Source of the DNA: a virus
IMG/VR virus record: IMGVR_UViG_3300045972_000146
Span: 29,864-93,863 of that record
Reading direction: 5' to 3' (one strand)
DNA length: 64,000 nucleotides
Shown: one piece after another, positions 19,601 through 32,100 of the stretch
How the letters are laid out: each line of letters starts with the position of its first letter
How positions within the stretch are numbered: position 1 is the stretch's first letter
Translations under genes and position numbers: made by a program
The notes under the pieces: generated by a model
Told to the model about the DNA's origin: nothing
The model's database searches: none
The model's input: only the letters and a program-made list of their open reading frames with translations

Positions 19601-19675
19601 CACTAATAATGGAGACAATCCTGACTCTTCTACAAGACGTTGGAACGCCTTACTTTTAATATCTATACAATTCAT
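13637..19675 (-). CDS. Large virion cargo protein with a zincin-like motif
   Basis: 2012 aa; ETTIHEMFGH motif (about 18815-18832); hydrophobic C-terminal segment; adjacent to the vRNAP as in crAss-like phages. Confidence 0.7.
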   Translation of the reverse strand: MNCIDIKSKAFQRLVEESGLSPLLVEIRTAAFQSKNGLESWPTIEDIQGPAEIIEEQIVPSPQPSLDNELESMYNEKVAEINKELADAIGRNDRAMTAISEDQFKSIKRKYDKNVNSNITIDRVGTENTDSGKKIIYTFKLKDNVSQVAYDRAVKTLNEIKSAPFTAEERQNMISKVTPIVDKNDQTEIGFGSTLKMSQIGIKNPMANSTINVVTGIANKFNARFGMGFKILPYDQVVAAFNEGVTENHKITGKNGLLGFFNAKENTAYLIDSELSAETTIHEMFGHPFLNMLKNNPELKYIYNQLALEAARHQKDVFGSLVSYKDYSDSDKLDELIIKALEDKSAEKIMTPGLKGTIREYWKAFTDFIKDVFGKRNDIEQLRPNTTLDRLSNWILYGEDKLSLIDGYQRTLIADDVNKVLDLLDPKKLRDFEQRTITLSEAIKFSNDVAGELSRQNIIDNGVYDTEFIRKNILSKLSYVDFAERSVEYASGNTAAIYDVYDNGNSLMIKDIEIKDKTKRVDTAFILKSLVANLDRSSFNEVLIAIGKNDTLYNQLLTAFKDDAIYEREIDGERYFVLSPIQDEISNKASFGRKSRLKKAAALISTPQQGQKESSLPTDIEMSSSSANNFLHTAINGLTANIKILERRKSPDQATIEEMKNLLRSLKSNEIASSALSFVEFAYRDVLKSAKSVNEMKNIMTRGDEISPDDINYIRRDFHPLYDSTMHAINTILNLKNYGPLVSLPMSKIKEIQHQYTEIQRILTDIDKTTNLLVNYEWSKMAAKVADEVGSPTMKELLKNFSVAPSDLHALGVFFGSLQNKKDERLRVLDKTVVDIQSKITREIEIDGVLGGLADSFAELSKFNPTVTYKRFMEHNKDGKATGYMLSDLLRGQFNKDVEDFRKYLQKKYDLKSKYDVPSDPSELKTYNDELDDYLSENAERMFTREYYDAKKSLSSDASEVLNNAKETLSSFVLGFRNEQGFIDTRLMTQADISKFRALKQAKANLSSKVYMDGTEKMAGSIDRIIADEISEFYKKINKGLTYSLKNQLFEETYKNVLSSMSQEEADTWFKNNTKVAYKQKWWDKLTSIEKNPQLPIYDELYELRKSLLNIYRNPDTMEIPAYILENTTIKGGSTLADKIKKIDIALSTARLQHPPKNGLGFKDIAKIEPTDEYKKTLRAVAQESLTNPSSISDFDNRTTYIDANGYRQLYSYWTKLIPKDENMIYNEPNTLWSEVDQSSEFINKNFNIEESEGGMVPKRSKYDNSREYNKLMKDSRSKAFYDKLKDAYEVANSNYSYIQNPSKYRLAQIPGTFLERITKGDTFLSGFREAMADQVRWMPYDNIDGDYDTAGLHRADGSKVRFVPTKYRTMLEDRDSISRDLLGSFAEYYRAAVHFREMSENAEKIELMLDGIKQTRVVDKENREVKGAGQSNTYSRASHFVSSAVYSDQLANDYSIKLGKKGITTTGATRERGNKFSLAKPMHTIINDFVRKINLFLNLFAIQSNAVASQINLKVEASCGIWMNNNGYLKGQKEVIASLPSALTKNLSGYSHNKLLSMMRMFGVTKSNLEDMKDLHGATLLKNVSKVIGYGPFTAGDFATKGAMLVGVLSNFKPYNGQFYSREQFISEFFPGNRSNGEIVFDAIDENMYDAFEVRDNMLRVNPKYASSLSESSINYATTVAADLARKLDGTLTAADKGKLHADAFASAFFLHRGFMQVAAEERFSSRKFNYRKQAWSSGDYTNIGSSGKILLDYLAEKVGESMHFKFGNTLGFKMGDMKNKYSTDQLYNFRKISGDLKWLMLVSVAAVLAGSMVGDSDDDKKRSWQQFIYTILLRNVLELGSVRSPMDAYGLIQSPTAAQPAIQQLGEIFGGMLDGTLFDRIQEGRYQYYTKLERALIKLTPAYKNYFETFIKPDLKAREAFSKKNINVIFTNVEKIAMTPAQRAKKDAIQKLEQERFNKQMEIDRGENKYLPLGYEETPQDLKDQKIRARRKSRSTRKINRQLKKVKKTM

Positions 19676-19725
19676 TTTATATGTTTACGCGCGAACGCAT
19701 CGTTTTATAACATTTAATTTGCTTC

Positions 19726-20082
19726 TTAATATTTTAGGAATTTCAATTTATATAAAGTTCCATTGATCAATTCTAATATATCATCACATATTTGTTGACA
19801 ATAACTACAATCTAATGTTTCTCTAAATGCAGTGTATTCCTCTGATTTGGTTGTTAAATATTTAACTGGAACTAATCCTTCTGATATTGAGAACGACTTA
19901 TATCCTTTTATAATACCATATTTACCTTGATATGATTCGATAAATCTATCTCTAAGATCTACTATATCTTGGTATAATGAGTTTAATGCCATATGCACAG
20001 CAAAACTATCAGTCTGCAGGTGAGCAATATGAATGTCTGTTTCTAGTGCGAATAGACTAGATGCGAATTCTTCTACTTTCAT
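19726..20082 (-). CDS. Ferritin/Dps-like four-helix protein (DUF5856-like)
   Basis: HIAHLQT.SFAVHMAL..LY...DRFIESYQGKYG and TLYKLKFL motifs. Confidence 0.75.
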   Translation of the reverse strand: MKVEEFASSLFALETDIHIAHLQTDSFAVHMALNSLYQDIVDLRDRFIESYQGKYGIIKGYKSFSISEGLVPVKYLTTKSEEYTAFRETLDCSYCQQICDDILELINGTLYKLKFLKY

Positions 20083-20100
20083 TTTATTTTACTTTTATTA

Positions 20101-23100
20101 TTAATAACATTTTTTCAGATAGTCCTCTAAGTTGGATAATCCAATTTCGTCAGAAACCTTCATTATGTCAGACATTGTTGTTCCTGGAGTCTTTCTCTCT
20201 ATTTTAAATCTATATGTAGCCCAAAGCTCTTCAACGGTCTTCTTATTTAATCCCTGTTCTGCCCTGAACTTATTTACATCTTCAACATTCTTTGCGATTG
20301 CTTCTTGATTATCCTGATTAGTTGGTAATAAATTACTCATGTGAGTATTAGTTATTTGACTTTTCAGTGAATTTATTTCAGACTTAATTGCTTTGATTTC
20401 ATCATTGGTAATCTTAATTTGATCAGCATCATCTTCTGATATGTCTTCCATTTCGTCTAATTTTTCATCAAGTTCATCCTCTAATGTTGCAATTTTATCT
20501 TGAAGTTCTGATATATTTGCTCTTTGAATATGTTCTTGAATTGGAGATGTCTGTTCTGTAGATAATTCTTCTTGAGTTTCTGACGCGGAGCTCATTGATT
20601 CTTCGCTCCAAGTAGCTTCTGTTTGAACATTAGAATCTGGCATTTGTTCTTCTTTTTTATCGAAATACCCACTATATTCACTACTATCATCCATAATAGG
20701 CTGTAAATAAGCCTCTAGACGCGTTTTAAGCTCTTCTAAGGCATTATCTGTATCAATAGATACATTTTCATCGAATATAGGTTTGACCTCGTCAGATCGC
20801 TCTAAAATGACCTTAGTATACATGTGTTCTGCTGCCTTAAATTGAGCTTCATTTGGATGTCCAAACTCAGTAACTGCATTTTCTAGAGTTTCCATACTAT
20901 AGTCCCCAGTAGAGATTGCTTTTTCAATTGCATTCGCCACAGATTCCTTTAAAGTATTATCGCTAACAGACATATCGTAATCTTGTCCATAGTCAAATTT
21001 TTCTCTATTATAACCAAATATATCCGCAATTGGAACTCTAGTATTCATCATATGAGCGAATGTGCCTTCTTGATTTGTAAACTTCTTACCATCCCATCCC
21101 ATACCAGAATCAAACATAGCCTTAGTGTAGTCCTGATCTGTAATTTTATTTACCCCAGCCAATGATTGTGGAAGTATATTATCTTTTATCATCGACCTAG
21201 TAGCATTGTGCTCAACAACAGACAATGCGTCTTTTCTAGAACCTAACTTATCTATTGCAATATATAGTGGATTGTATGGAGATTTCTCTTTACCGGTTGG
21301 AACATCTCCTATCAACTTATATAATACATAGAATGGAGTTTCTTCCTGAGGGAACATCTGTATTTTCACAAACGGAGCAAAATGACTATCTCTAACGCCA
21401 TCCATATCTTTTCCAAATAATGGAGTTGCAGTATCATGTACGAATGCTAGTGGATATTCTAATCCATTTATCCTCTTAGTAGAATCTATTGATGGCATAT
21501 ATCTCTTATATGGCTTCCCATCATTTATTTCTATATCAGATTCAGTAGTATAATGTTCTATAGAAGGAACTAATTCATTGTCGTACCATCTATTAATAAA
21601 TATGTCAGATAAATCTTTACTACTTAAAGCATCATTATCAGTGCTTGCTAATTCAGATAATTTCTCTCTAACAAAATCATAGTAACCTAAATCGCGTCTA
21701 TCATACTCAGATATCTTAACGGTATTTGAGGCATGATTGTCACCAGTACTATAAAATTGATACAATATAAAGTCCTCTGCAAACTTCTTAATTTCTGTAT
21801 TATCACTGACCAATAATGAACTAAAATGCTGTTTTAACTTCTCAGTTAACCCAGGTTCGTTAGTATTATTATTTCTAGGTCTAATATGGTCTGGTCTTTC
21901 TGCTTCAAATGGAGAATACATTTCTGTAGACATCCCACGTAAGAAGTAATTATCCTTAACCTCATTAGGAAATCTCTGTTGAATAGAAAATAGCCTCTTA
22001 GCTAATGTCTCTTTACCAAAGAATAATCCTGGAACATCAACTCCTCTATCTTCTGCTAATTTATCAAAGAATGTAGATTTTAATTTAGAATCAATATACT
22101 TATTAACCTTCATTATCATATCTCTATTATCTTGAGTATCTCTACCCATTGCCTGAAGAATGGTATTTGCTGATTTCTCAACAGATCTAGTAGTTCTAAA
22201 CAATATACCCTGACTAAGGTTTTCTGCAAGTCCTGCACTATTCTTTAATTTAGCATATATAAAAGTATTATTAAAATATTCAGGGAGGTTTGCAAATAAT
22301 CCTTTAGCTTTAATCATCTCTTTTACTTTGTTAAAGAACAGTCTCTGAGAGTTAAACGAATTACCAGCTTTTTTGGTATCCACCTGAGAGTATTTTACCA
22401 GTTCTGATAAAGCTCCTGCATATGGACTTAATTCCTTAAATGTTTCAAGTGCAACTAATTGACTATAATAGTAGTCAAAATTCTTATTCTTTCTAGACAG
22501 GCCATTAACAAGCGTATGTTCCATGAATGCATCCTCGTTATTAACTATTTGTTTGCCATTCTTATCTTTAGTATATAGTGCGTTTAATTGCCCTACATCG
22601 TGGCTATTCTTAGCTAAAGACTCTGCTTCTTTTTTGTATATAGGAATGAGTTTTTCTATCTCTTGTTCTATAGTAGTTTTCTTTGCATTTCTAATTCCAG
22701 ATAAATATTCACTACCTTTAGAGTCCATGGTTTTATATACGTCTCTAAATACTGGCTGACTTAGGAATAGGAATGTTTTTGCACCATATCCAGATCTAAG
22801 TAATAATGCAACCATTTTGTATGTATTAGCATTAACACCCATTCTAATAATATAAGGATCTTTTGCAACATCGACATGTGCATTTACCATTGCTGATAAC
22901 CAGTCCAATATCCTAGATCCATCTTGAGCATATATTTTTCCTACATTATCTATCATAAATTTCTTAGCTACTCCCTTAGGCTTAAACCTCAATTTAGATA
23001 TCTGAGACAATACATGATTTACTCCAGCCAATGCGAATGTAGGGATACCTTGCTTACCACCAGAATACTCAAGTTTCTTTTTACTTTCATAAGACAATCT

Positions 23101-26100
23101 AGATTTACTAAATGCTTCAAATTCCTTTCCTTCCGAATTATATTTATCGATGGTGGCTAAAGTTTCTTTTACCTGATCGGTAACAGCATCCAATGGAATT
23201 CTAGTTTCATTAGTACTATTAGGATTAGTTATTACAGCCATCATGACATCTATAAACCTATTCTGAATTGCTTTAGTAGAATTTTGTTTCCATTTATTCT
23301 CCTTAGAGTCATTCATTGTAGATTTAAATACTTCTCCAGTCTCTTTATTCTTACTATAGTTATATCTAGTAATGTATAATTTATCAATATCGAAGTCACT
23401 ACCAGTTAAAGCAGTAAATTCATATGGTAATATAACTGTATCTCCCATAAATTCAGGAAGTACATCAGTAATTTTAAGTCCAGATATAGACGATAATCCC
23501 TGAGTTGGAATACGATATCCCATTGCAGATGGAGCAGAATTCTCTCCAATTATATTATTGGTCTTAAGCCAATTTACTTTTTCCTCGTGAGTCTTTAATG
23601 TAGATGGAAGTATATCTTTGAATATATTTACAGAAACTACACAGTCCATAGATCCATCTGGATTCAGGAATCTTAATTTCTTTCCACCATTCAATTTATA
23701 TGCAGCACTAGAATCGTCAGAGTGTTTAAGTCCAAAAGGAGTCATCTGAATAAACATACCACCTGGAGCCTTAATGTCTACAGTCTTTTTTAATATGCTA
23801 GATAAAATCTTAGACTCAACAAAGGCATTGTCAACCAAAGCCTGTAATGGATTTGCAGTTGGATTTTTTTCGTCAAACTCTGATAATATTTCTGACACAT
23901 CACTTGGCATATTAGAATTCTCAGCCTCTTTAGCCAAGAAGTCATACATGTTCTTAGTATTGAAGTTATAGGTACCACTTTCTGGATCTAATTTTAATCC
24001 AAATTGCTTTTCTACTTCTAATTTTCCTCTATCTGATAACTCAGACATAGCTCCGTTCCATTCCTCTATCAACTGTTGTCCAGTAGCACCTTTTTGTCCA
24101 TTGATAGTGATATTTTCATATACGTCAGTAGGAACTATATTTCCCATAGAAGCTTTCTGTACTTGAGTAGCAATTGACATTTCAGCACCTTCGTGCGGCT
24201 CTGTTGGCAACTGATGTCTCAAATAATCAAACGATTGAGGACTAGATTTTAAGTCCTTAAGATCTGACAGTGCACTTTCTGCTTTATCTATGTGTACTGA
24301 TACTGGATTATCATTACCAACCTTAACTGCAGTTGAGAATGCGGCCATATCTACAGAAGATATATCATGAGATCCATCAGACCTCTTTTTGTTCATTTTA
24401 TCATATAGAACTTTCAAGTCTCCAGTTGCCATGAATTTAGGAAGTAAAAACATTGCCATCTTATCTAGCTTAGGAACATTAAGTCCGTCATAGAAAGATT
24501 CTCCAAAGTAGACCATCTTTAATGGATGTAATGCCAAATCAGCAACCTTTGCATATTTCTCTGGATCATTCATCCATGACATATCATTAGACTCCATCAA
24601 ATTAAATGCTTCGTCCATGTCTTTAGTAAAATAATCTTCACCGAGTCTGGTCAGCATAGATCTATACATATATGGAGATACATATACCGTAGCATCAGTT
24701 ACATTTACATTTTCATAAGCTTTAGATTGTTTGTCTACCAATGCTTCTGCCAACGCAAATTGTTTAGGATAATCAGTTTTTAATGCGTCTAATTCTTCTT
24801 TTCTAGACTTATCAGAATATATATCATACAAATCAGAAACAACTGCCGATCCAGATTGTTGCATCAATCTATTTACCTGAGCCGCATATGATCTATCCTT
24901 TATGTCAGACAACTCAGTACTTATTACTTTGCTATCGTTTAACTCGGCTACATTAAATGAGCTTATACCATGAAGAACGTGTCCTTCTGGGAATGAGTTT
25001 CTTAATGCAGTACCGGTAGATAATACGGATGAAAGTCTTTTTGTCTTATCATCACTATTTGCGTAGTATGCTAAATCCTTAGATATCAATTTGTCTGTCT
25101 CAAATTCCGATATAACTGAATTAATTGCAGTATTAGATAATATATTTGCAATAGTTACCATATCTGCATTTTCATCAGATATCCCAGCTGCTTTGTATAT
25201 GGCTAGGTTAGCATTATATATTGCTTGGTCAATCGATTTATTGTAATAAGAAGTACTAGTAACTATATCTCCAATTTTAACTCCTTTTGCAGGATTATCC
25301 ATTGTAGCGGTATATGAATTTACATTCTTTCCTATAAGCCCAATAGATAATGCGTAATCCATTTCAGATTTAGTTGCCGATGTTATAGTAGAACTAATCA
25401 TCTTAGATCTATTCTCATAGTTCTCGCTAAAGAACTTCTTGTCCAATCTATCTATAGCTTCATCCATAGCGGCATCATAACCTACCTGAGGGCCTCTTGT
25501 TGCCACTACTTTGTCGATATAGGCATTTAGATCTATTAATCCATTATACTCGTCTCCAGGGGTAGTAGAATGAACATACAGAGAGTCCATGTATCTGAAT
25601 CTAAGACCATTACCATGTCCAGCAGCCCATTTGGTACTTTTTGGACCAGCGTAGTGATAGTTCTCTATAAGTAATTTCTTATTTCCTTGAGCGTCTTTAA
25701 CCTGTTGCCATGCCTGTTTGATTGCATTGAATTCGGCCTTGTAATATCCATCAAATATATCAACAGCTTCTTTTGGGTATGATATCTTATTATTAAACCA
25801 TGTCATTCTCTGAGCATTAGCTGTAGTAGAGATCATATTAGGCATTTTAACTCCAAATATAAAGCCATAAGTCTTTTTATCTGCCATTGCCGGCAATGCA
25901 ATGTTACTAGATAATAAGTTTGACATTTTAATAGTATAATCTTCTAACGGAGATATGTCGAAATAGTCACGACCTTGATCAGCAACTCCTTCTTCGTATA
26001 TCTTAACAAACGTACCAAACGATATTCCTTTAAATGATTTACCAGCAGCTTGTTTGAATAATATTGATCCTTGATTAATTGGAACACTTAATAAGCTTTT

Positions 26101-29100
26101 TAGATATTCTTTATCATCAGAAACTCTATCAATTACGTCAGTAACTGTATTTCTAGATGATATCTGGTATAACGTAGCCCCATCTGCTCCATAGGTCATT
26201 ACCTCATTTGCATTTGGATGAACCTTAGCATATGCCAATGCATATTCCTTGATAGAATTTTCTCCACCAAGTAGCACTTTTGGCGTAACATCTTTAAGTT
26301 TGACATTGCCCTTTTCTCCATTAGATTTAATGATCTGAGGAAGAATTGTAGTAAATATTTTTGCAGTAGATTTATAGTCTTTTATAATTGCACTAACTGC
26401 TTGCTGCCTTGATAATCCCTGGTATTTATTGTTTATAATAAAGTCCATAGTCTCAGCATCAACATCTATAGCTACCTTATTCAATAGGGAAGTAAAAGCT
26501 GATAGCGCCTTATTGGAGTCCTCAACAGACATAGACTTATTTACTATTGCTGCCAGTTCATCATAATGCTGTTTTATTTGTATTGCATTTGCTTTATTGA
26601 ATACACGACCTTCTTCTGTCATAGAATAAATCATTCCATCCGATAACATATTCTGTCCCCAGAACATAGGAAGTTCTCTTTCAGCCCTATCTATATTACT
26701 TGAAATGTTTCTAATAGATTTTTCATATTCGGATCCTTCTTTAGCGCTCTTAGCATTATATACGGTATTGATGTAATCATGTCTATGACTATACATTGTA
26801 TTCCAGAACTTAGTAAGAAAGTTGTCATTCATCTTAGACAATCTTCTTTCTAGCATTATAAAGAATGGATTATTCTTGGTAGTAGCAAGATCAGCGATCT
26901 TAGCCTTCATTCCATCAACAGTATTTTCCTTATGTAGCTCATATACCATTGTATTCCATGCTAATTCAAACTCAACGAACGAAGGAAGCCCAGATAGTGG
27001 ATCAGTCTTTGCCATCGGAGTATTGTTTACCATTTCAGACTCAGGTATATTCCTGATAAAAAATTTAACCTCAGCCCTAATATTATCTCTCTTAGAAATT
27101 TCATATGAAGCCTTATCATGAGACGCAGCCTCCTTGCTTACTATCTCTTCGTCAATATCAGATACTTTTTCAGTTCTCTCGGTTATGCCAGTATTCTTTA
27201 CGCTTTTCTTTATCTCTGGTAAGAAGTAACTATCAAATTTGTCATAAACTTCCTGAAATAATTTGTATTTATTTTCTTCTTCTGGATTTCCCTTATATCC
27301 TTCTGCGGTGGCTAAAATACTTGACTTTAATTTGTTATAGTCTAGATTCTCTATGTTATCAATAGTTTCAATATCGTTTAGTCTAAACAAGTAATAAGTT
27401 AAGCTGTTTATAAGTCTATCTTTAGCTTCTACAGTCTTTAGACTAGTTAGTCCAGAGTCTCTAAATCTTTTTGCAGCACCTTCTTCGTATTTCTCACTAA
27501 ATTCATATGCGCTTTTTCTATTAATGCCTTTAGTTCTTAAAACTCCAAGTTCTATGTCCCTATATAGTCTTTCTATGTCTTTATCTGTAAAATTCTTATA
27601 TGCATCAAACGCATTGTAGATTCTTCTAAAAACATTATTTATTAGACTCCCATTTTTTGTATCTACATTATTTGTCAGAAGTCTATCTCTAAATCTCTCA
27701 GCTAAAAATTCTTCTATTTCAGAGTCAGTAGCATTCTCAAATGCAATCTCATTCTTTCTGATATTATCATAAATAGACATTCTTCTTTTCCTAGAAATAA
27801 GAAGTAATGAGGCTCTGTGATATGCTTCGTGGAATTCAGTTCCTTCTTGGGCTAGGTCAAATATATCTATTGATCTTCTTTTAGTAAGACCTTGAGCAAA
27901 GTCTCCATTAGACAGAGATATTACATCAGATACTATATTTATATCAAATTTTCCTCCAAGTTTCTTTCTAAGAAATTCTACAGCCTTATCTTCGTCTATA
28001 GTGTTTGACGGCATGTTATTAACGTCTATTAGCCTAGGAGCTCCAAAATCATCAAAGAATGATAATGGCTTAGCAGGAGCTTCTGTTTTCTCAACTATTT
28101 CATTTGCAATTTCAGCGGAAGTTTCAGTCTGATCTGATGCTATGTCTTGAATACTGGACTCAGTTGCTATTTCGTTTAAAATATTTTCATGATTAAGCTT
28201 TGCTCCGCTTCCAACTATTCCAGCTTTTAGTGCAGTTTCATATCTTTCATTCTCTGCGTCTATTTTCTGTTGGGTAGAAGATGTATTGTATGCTCCTCCT
28301 GGTACTGAAACTATATTCTCAGATCCTTTTGCAACAGATTTAACATCTGTCATAAACAAGAATGGAGGTTCAAAGACTCCATCTGCTAAGTCAGAAGTTA
28401 TTTTATTATTCTTTACTAACCACGCAGTCCAAGTAATATCCATATCTTCCTTAGTAAATTCAACTCCAGGAGCAAATTTAACTGAGTTTTTGTCTGAATG
28501 ATCTAAATGTGATTTCAATCCAGGAAATAAGTCAGAAACTAAGTTATCTGAATTTGTTTCACTATTCCATAAATCGTTCTTATCTATACCCCAAGTAAGA
28601 TTTTCATTTATATACCTTAATATATCAGCCTTCTGTGTATCATTTATAGTAACCAGTGGGACTTTATTTTCTCCATAGTATAGGATTCCAGAGGCAATAT
28701 AGAATTGCTTTTGTTTTAAGAAGTCTTTACCGTCTTCTCCAACATGAGTTCCTTCTCCAAAGTTAACTATTCTGTGTAGCAATGCAGCAGGAGTTAAACC
28801 AAATGGAGATGTACTATTAATCGCAATTACTTCTCCTTTTTCATTTAACGATATCTGTCTAGCAGTACTACCACCTAATTCGACGGCTAGTTTGTATATT
28901 AATTCTGCAGTTCCGGAATCAAGGCCGACCTTTTTCTTATTTACTTTGATTTTTACCTCTCCAGTTGGATTGATTGGATCTGGCTTAGTAATAAATATCG
29001 ATCCAGCATTTTCACTATTAGATACACCAACAGATTCATATAAGGATACTACAAGATTACCACCTTTTTCCCCTCTACCATATGCCATAACAAGATTGTG

Positions 29101-32100
29101 AACGCCTAATTTATTAGGATCACTCTCGTCAATAAGGCCTACAACTTCATGCAATCCCCTTTGAACAGCTCTATCGTTTTTATCTCTATTTAATGCTAGT
29201 TTAGATATCCCTCTTTCGAATCCATTTACCATTCTTAATTCAAGAGAATTATCTGCAGATACTTTAGCTTGCTCGGCTATAATTGAGTTCCTAAAATCTC
29301 TAAGCGCTTGAACTTCATCGGTAGAATATTTCTTTATACCATTATCTTCAGTAACAAATTCTCTTTCTCCTGGGTTTTTTATATTAAATGGAATAGTCTT
29401 CTCTATCTTGCCATCCATATACTTAACCTCAACCTTGATATATGCATTATCCCATGTACTAGGATTGGTTATATCGAAGTTATTTGGAGCAGAATAGTCC
29501 TCTCCTGTAATAGTGTTCTTTCCACCATCTCTATTTGTGCCAGCAGGGATCGTATAGACGGCCACTGTGCCATTATGATGCCTATTGACTACTATTCTTA
29601 CCTTTGCAGATTTAAATGCCTCAGGATTCATTAAAAAGGCCTTCACGTGAGGCAGTTTTATATCAGCAAATAGAGTTCTGCTTATCCTATCATGCTTAAT
29701 TGACTCAGTCGCTATAATAGCTGGAGTAATATCGGCTAGTTCGTTTATTGCGGCGCTATCGTCGTCATCAAGTATATCATTAATCTCATCAGTATCTTTT
29801 ATAGAGTCTATGGCCTTTTGATTAGATTCTGTATTTGATTCGGCTGCAGTTTTCTCTGGAGATTCTTCTTCTGCCGCCTCTTCTACTAGAGTTGCTTTTT
29901 CAAGTTCTGATATCAATTTATCAGCGTCATCTGCTATTGATTCTTCTGGCTGAATATCTGGTCTATCAAATACAAACCCATCATCCTCCATATCCTCTCC
30001 AACTAGGTCCGCATTACCAGTATATCCCCCAACAGTCTCTACTGGAGTTATTTTATGTTCTGGAATAGTCTCATGCCATGGTTTTTCTGCTTCTACAGTT
30101 TCTGCGGTCTCTCCAATTGGATCAGACGAACTTTCATACGTAGGAGCAACTGGCTGTATGTCAATCTTTTCTGCCTTAACCTGATCTACTGCCTCTTTCG
30201 TTCTCTCAATTTCATTTTCAGTCTTTCTTGACTCACGATACATGTCAAGAATTTTATCAACATATATGTCGTGATCTCGCTTAGAAAGTTTATTTACTTT
30301 ATCGACTGGAGAGTTCGTTAGGTTATCTTTCATCCATGATTCATAGTTACTACTAATTGCAGCAATATGAGACAATCCTAATGGTTCAACTATTCTATTT
30401 TCTATATCCGGAATCTCTAAATCAGCTAATTCTTGTTTTACCGAAGAGAATGTAACATTGGCATCTCTCGTAGCCTCGGTTAATCCACTGGCAAATAAAG
30501 CGTCATGTAATGTTCTCGCGGCCTTCTCTCTTCTTGTATCTAAAGATTCATTTAAGTTTTCTAATTTCCTTCTAGTAAACTCATTAGTTGCTTTTGCAGT
30601 AAAGTTTATCGCATCTAATGCTTTTACAGATGCAATTGCATCAAATATGTCTTTCTTAGATTGGTCAGATATTTGATTGTCTGGATGAGATAGGTTGTGT
30701 TTATCTAAAAAATCGTTTATTGGATGATTGGCAAATTCTTCATTCTTTATGTTTACGTAGTCACTAGCACTAATAACCCCATTAATAACTTCCTGTTTTG
30801 CAGAATTCTCATGATCCATTATCAGAGAAGTCAATAACTTATGGTTTTCGGATCCAACTCCACCCGCTCTATTTGCATATCCAAGGACGGTCTTACTATT
30901 TGCAACTAGCATTGTTTTCTTTGCTATTGCAAGTTCTTCTTTAATGTCTTCGTGACTAATTCCTTCTGGTGGATTTTGCGCAAGTTTTTCTAAGTAATTA
31001 ATAACATTAGCTTCTTTACCCTGAATTTGCTTATCTACATATACATTAGTCTTGTTTAGTCTATCATTAGCCTGCATTTGAGTTAAGACGTTAGCCTTAA
31101 CGAATGCTTTTGCTTTTTGATCTTTCTGGCTATCTTGCATTTCCTTAACTACACCAATAGAACCCATCATAGAAGTATGAATTCCGGTAGTGACTATAAC
31201 GTTTTTAAAGTTATCCCATATCTTCTGTTGATACCTAGCATCATCTCCAACTCCAATTAAAGCCATGGCTGCAGAACTTGCAGACCCAGCTGTGTTTTTT
31301 AATACATCAATAAAGTTTGCACTATTTTTATTTCCAGAGCCATCCTCATATCTTTCTTGGATTAACTGTTGTGGATTTTCTTCCAAGAACGCTTCTGTAA
31401 GTCCAGCAACTACCATTTTTTTAGCAGTACGCCCAACGAACTCAGGAGCGGCTCCAATTCTAACTTTTCCAACCTTAAAATTAGATACAGATGATCCCAT
31501 CCTGCCTAATTTAGACTCGGTTATATAATCAGTAACCATTTCAGAGGTTCTATTTACAGACCCAAATAGTGATTTATCAAATTTATTGGCATTTGCAATC
31601 TTTAATTTATTGAATGGCATAGATATATAAGCATTTTCAAGCATATCTATAGGAAGTAACCCCATATATCTTCTCAAATACTCATCCATTCCTTCATTGG
31701 CATGGTTTCTAGCTGCAGATATTTCCTTATCTACTGATGTTTTTAGAAATCCAGACTTAATATCACTAATTAATTTACCTCTAGTTTCTTTTGAAAGTGC
31801 TCCATTCTTAGTTAATTCTGCAACTGCATTGTCATAATTACCAACAACGCCAGATGCCATCTCGTTAGAAATGTTCTTAGTGTCTGAATTTGCAAATTGA
31901 GCTAAAGATTTATTCCTATCTACTAATCCGAGTAATTTATTATCGTCGAATTTATCCCCATCGAATACATCTAATCCTAATTTGCTATTTAAGTTTTCAG
32001 AAAATCTCTTATCGTAACTCTGTATAGCCTGGGAATATGCTTCTGATTCTCTAGATTTAACAGAAAGATACGCATTAGACATTGCTTTTGCAACGTTGCC

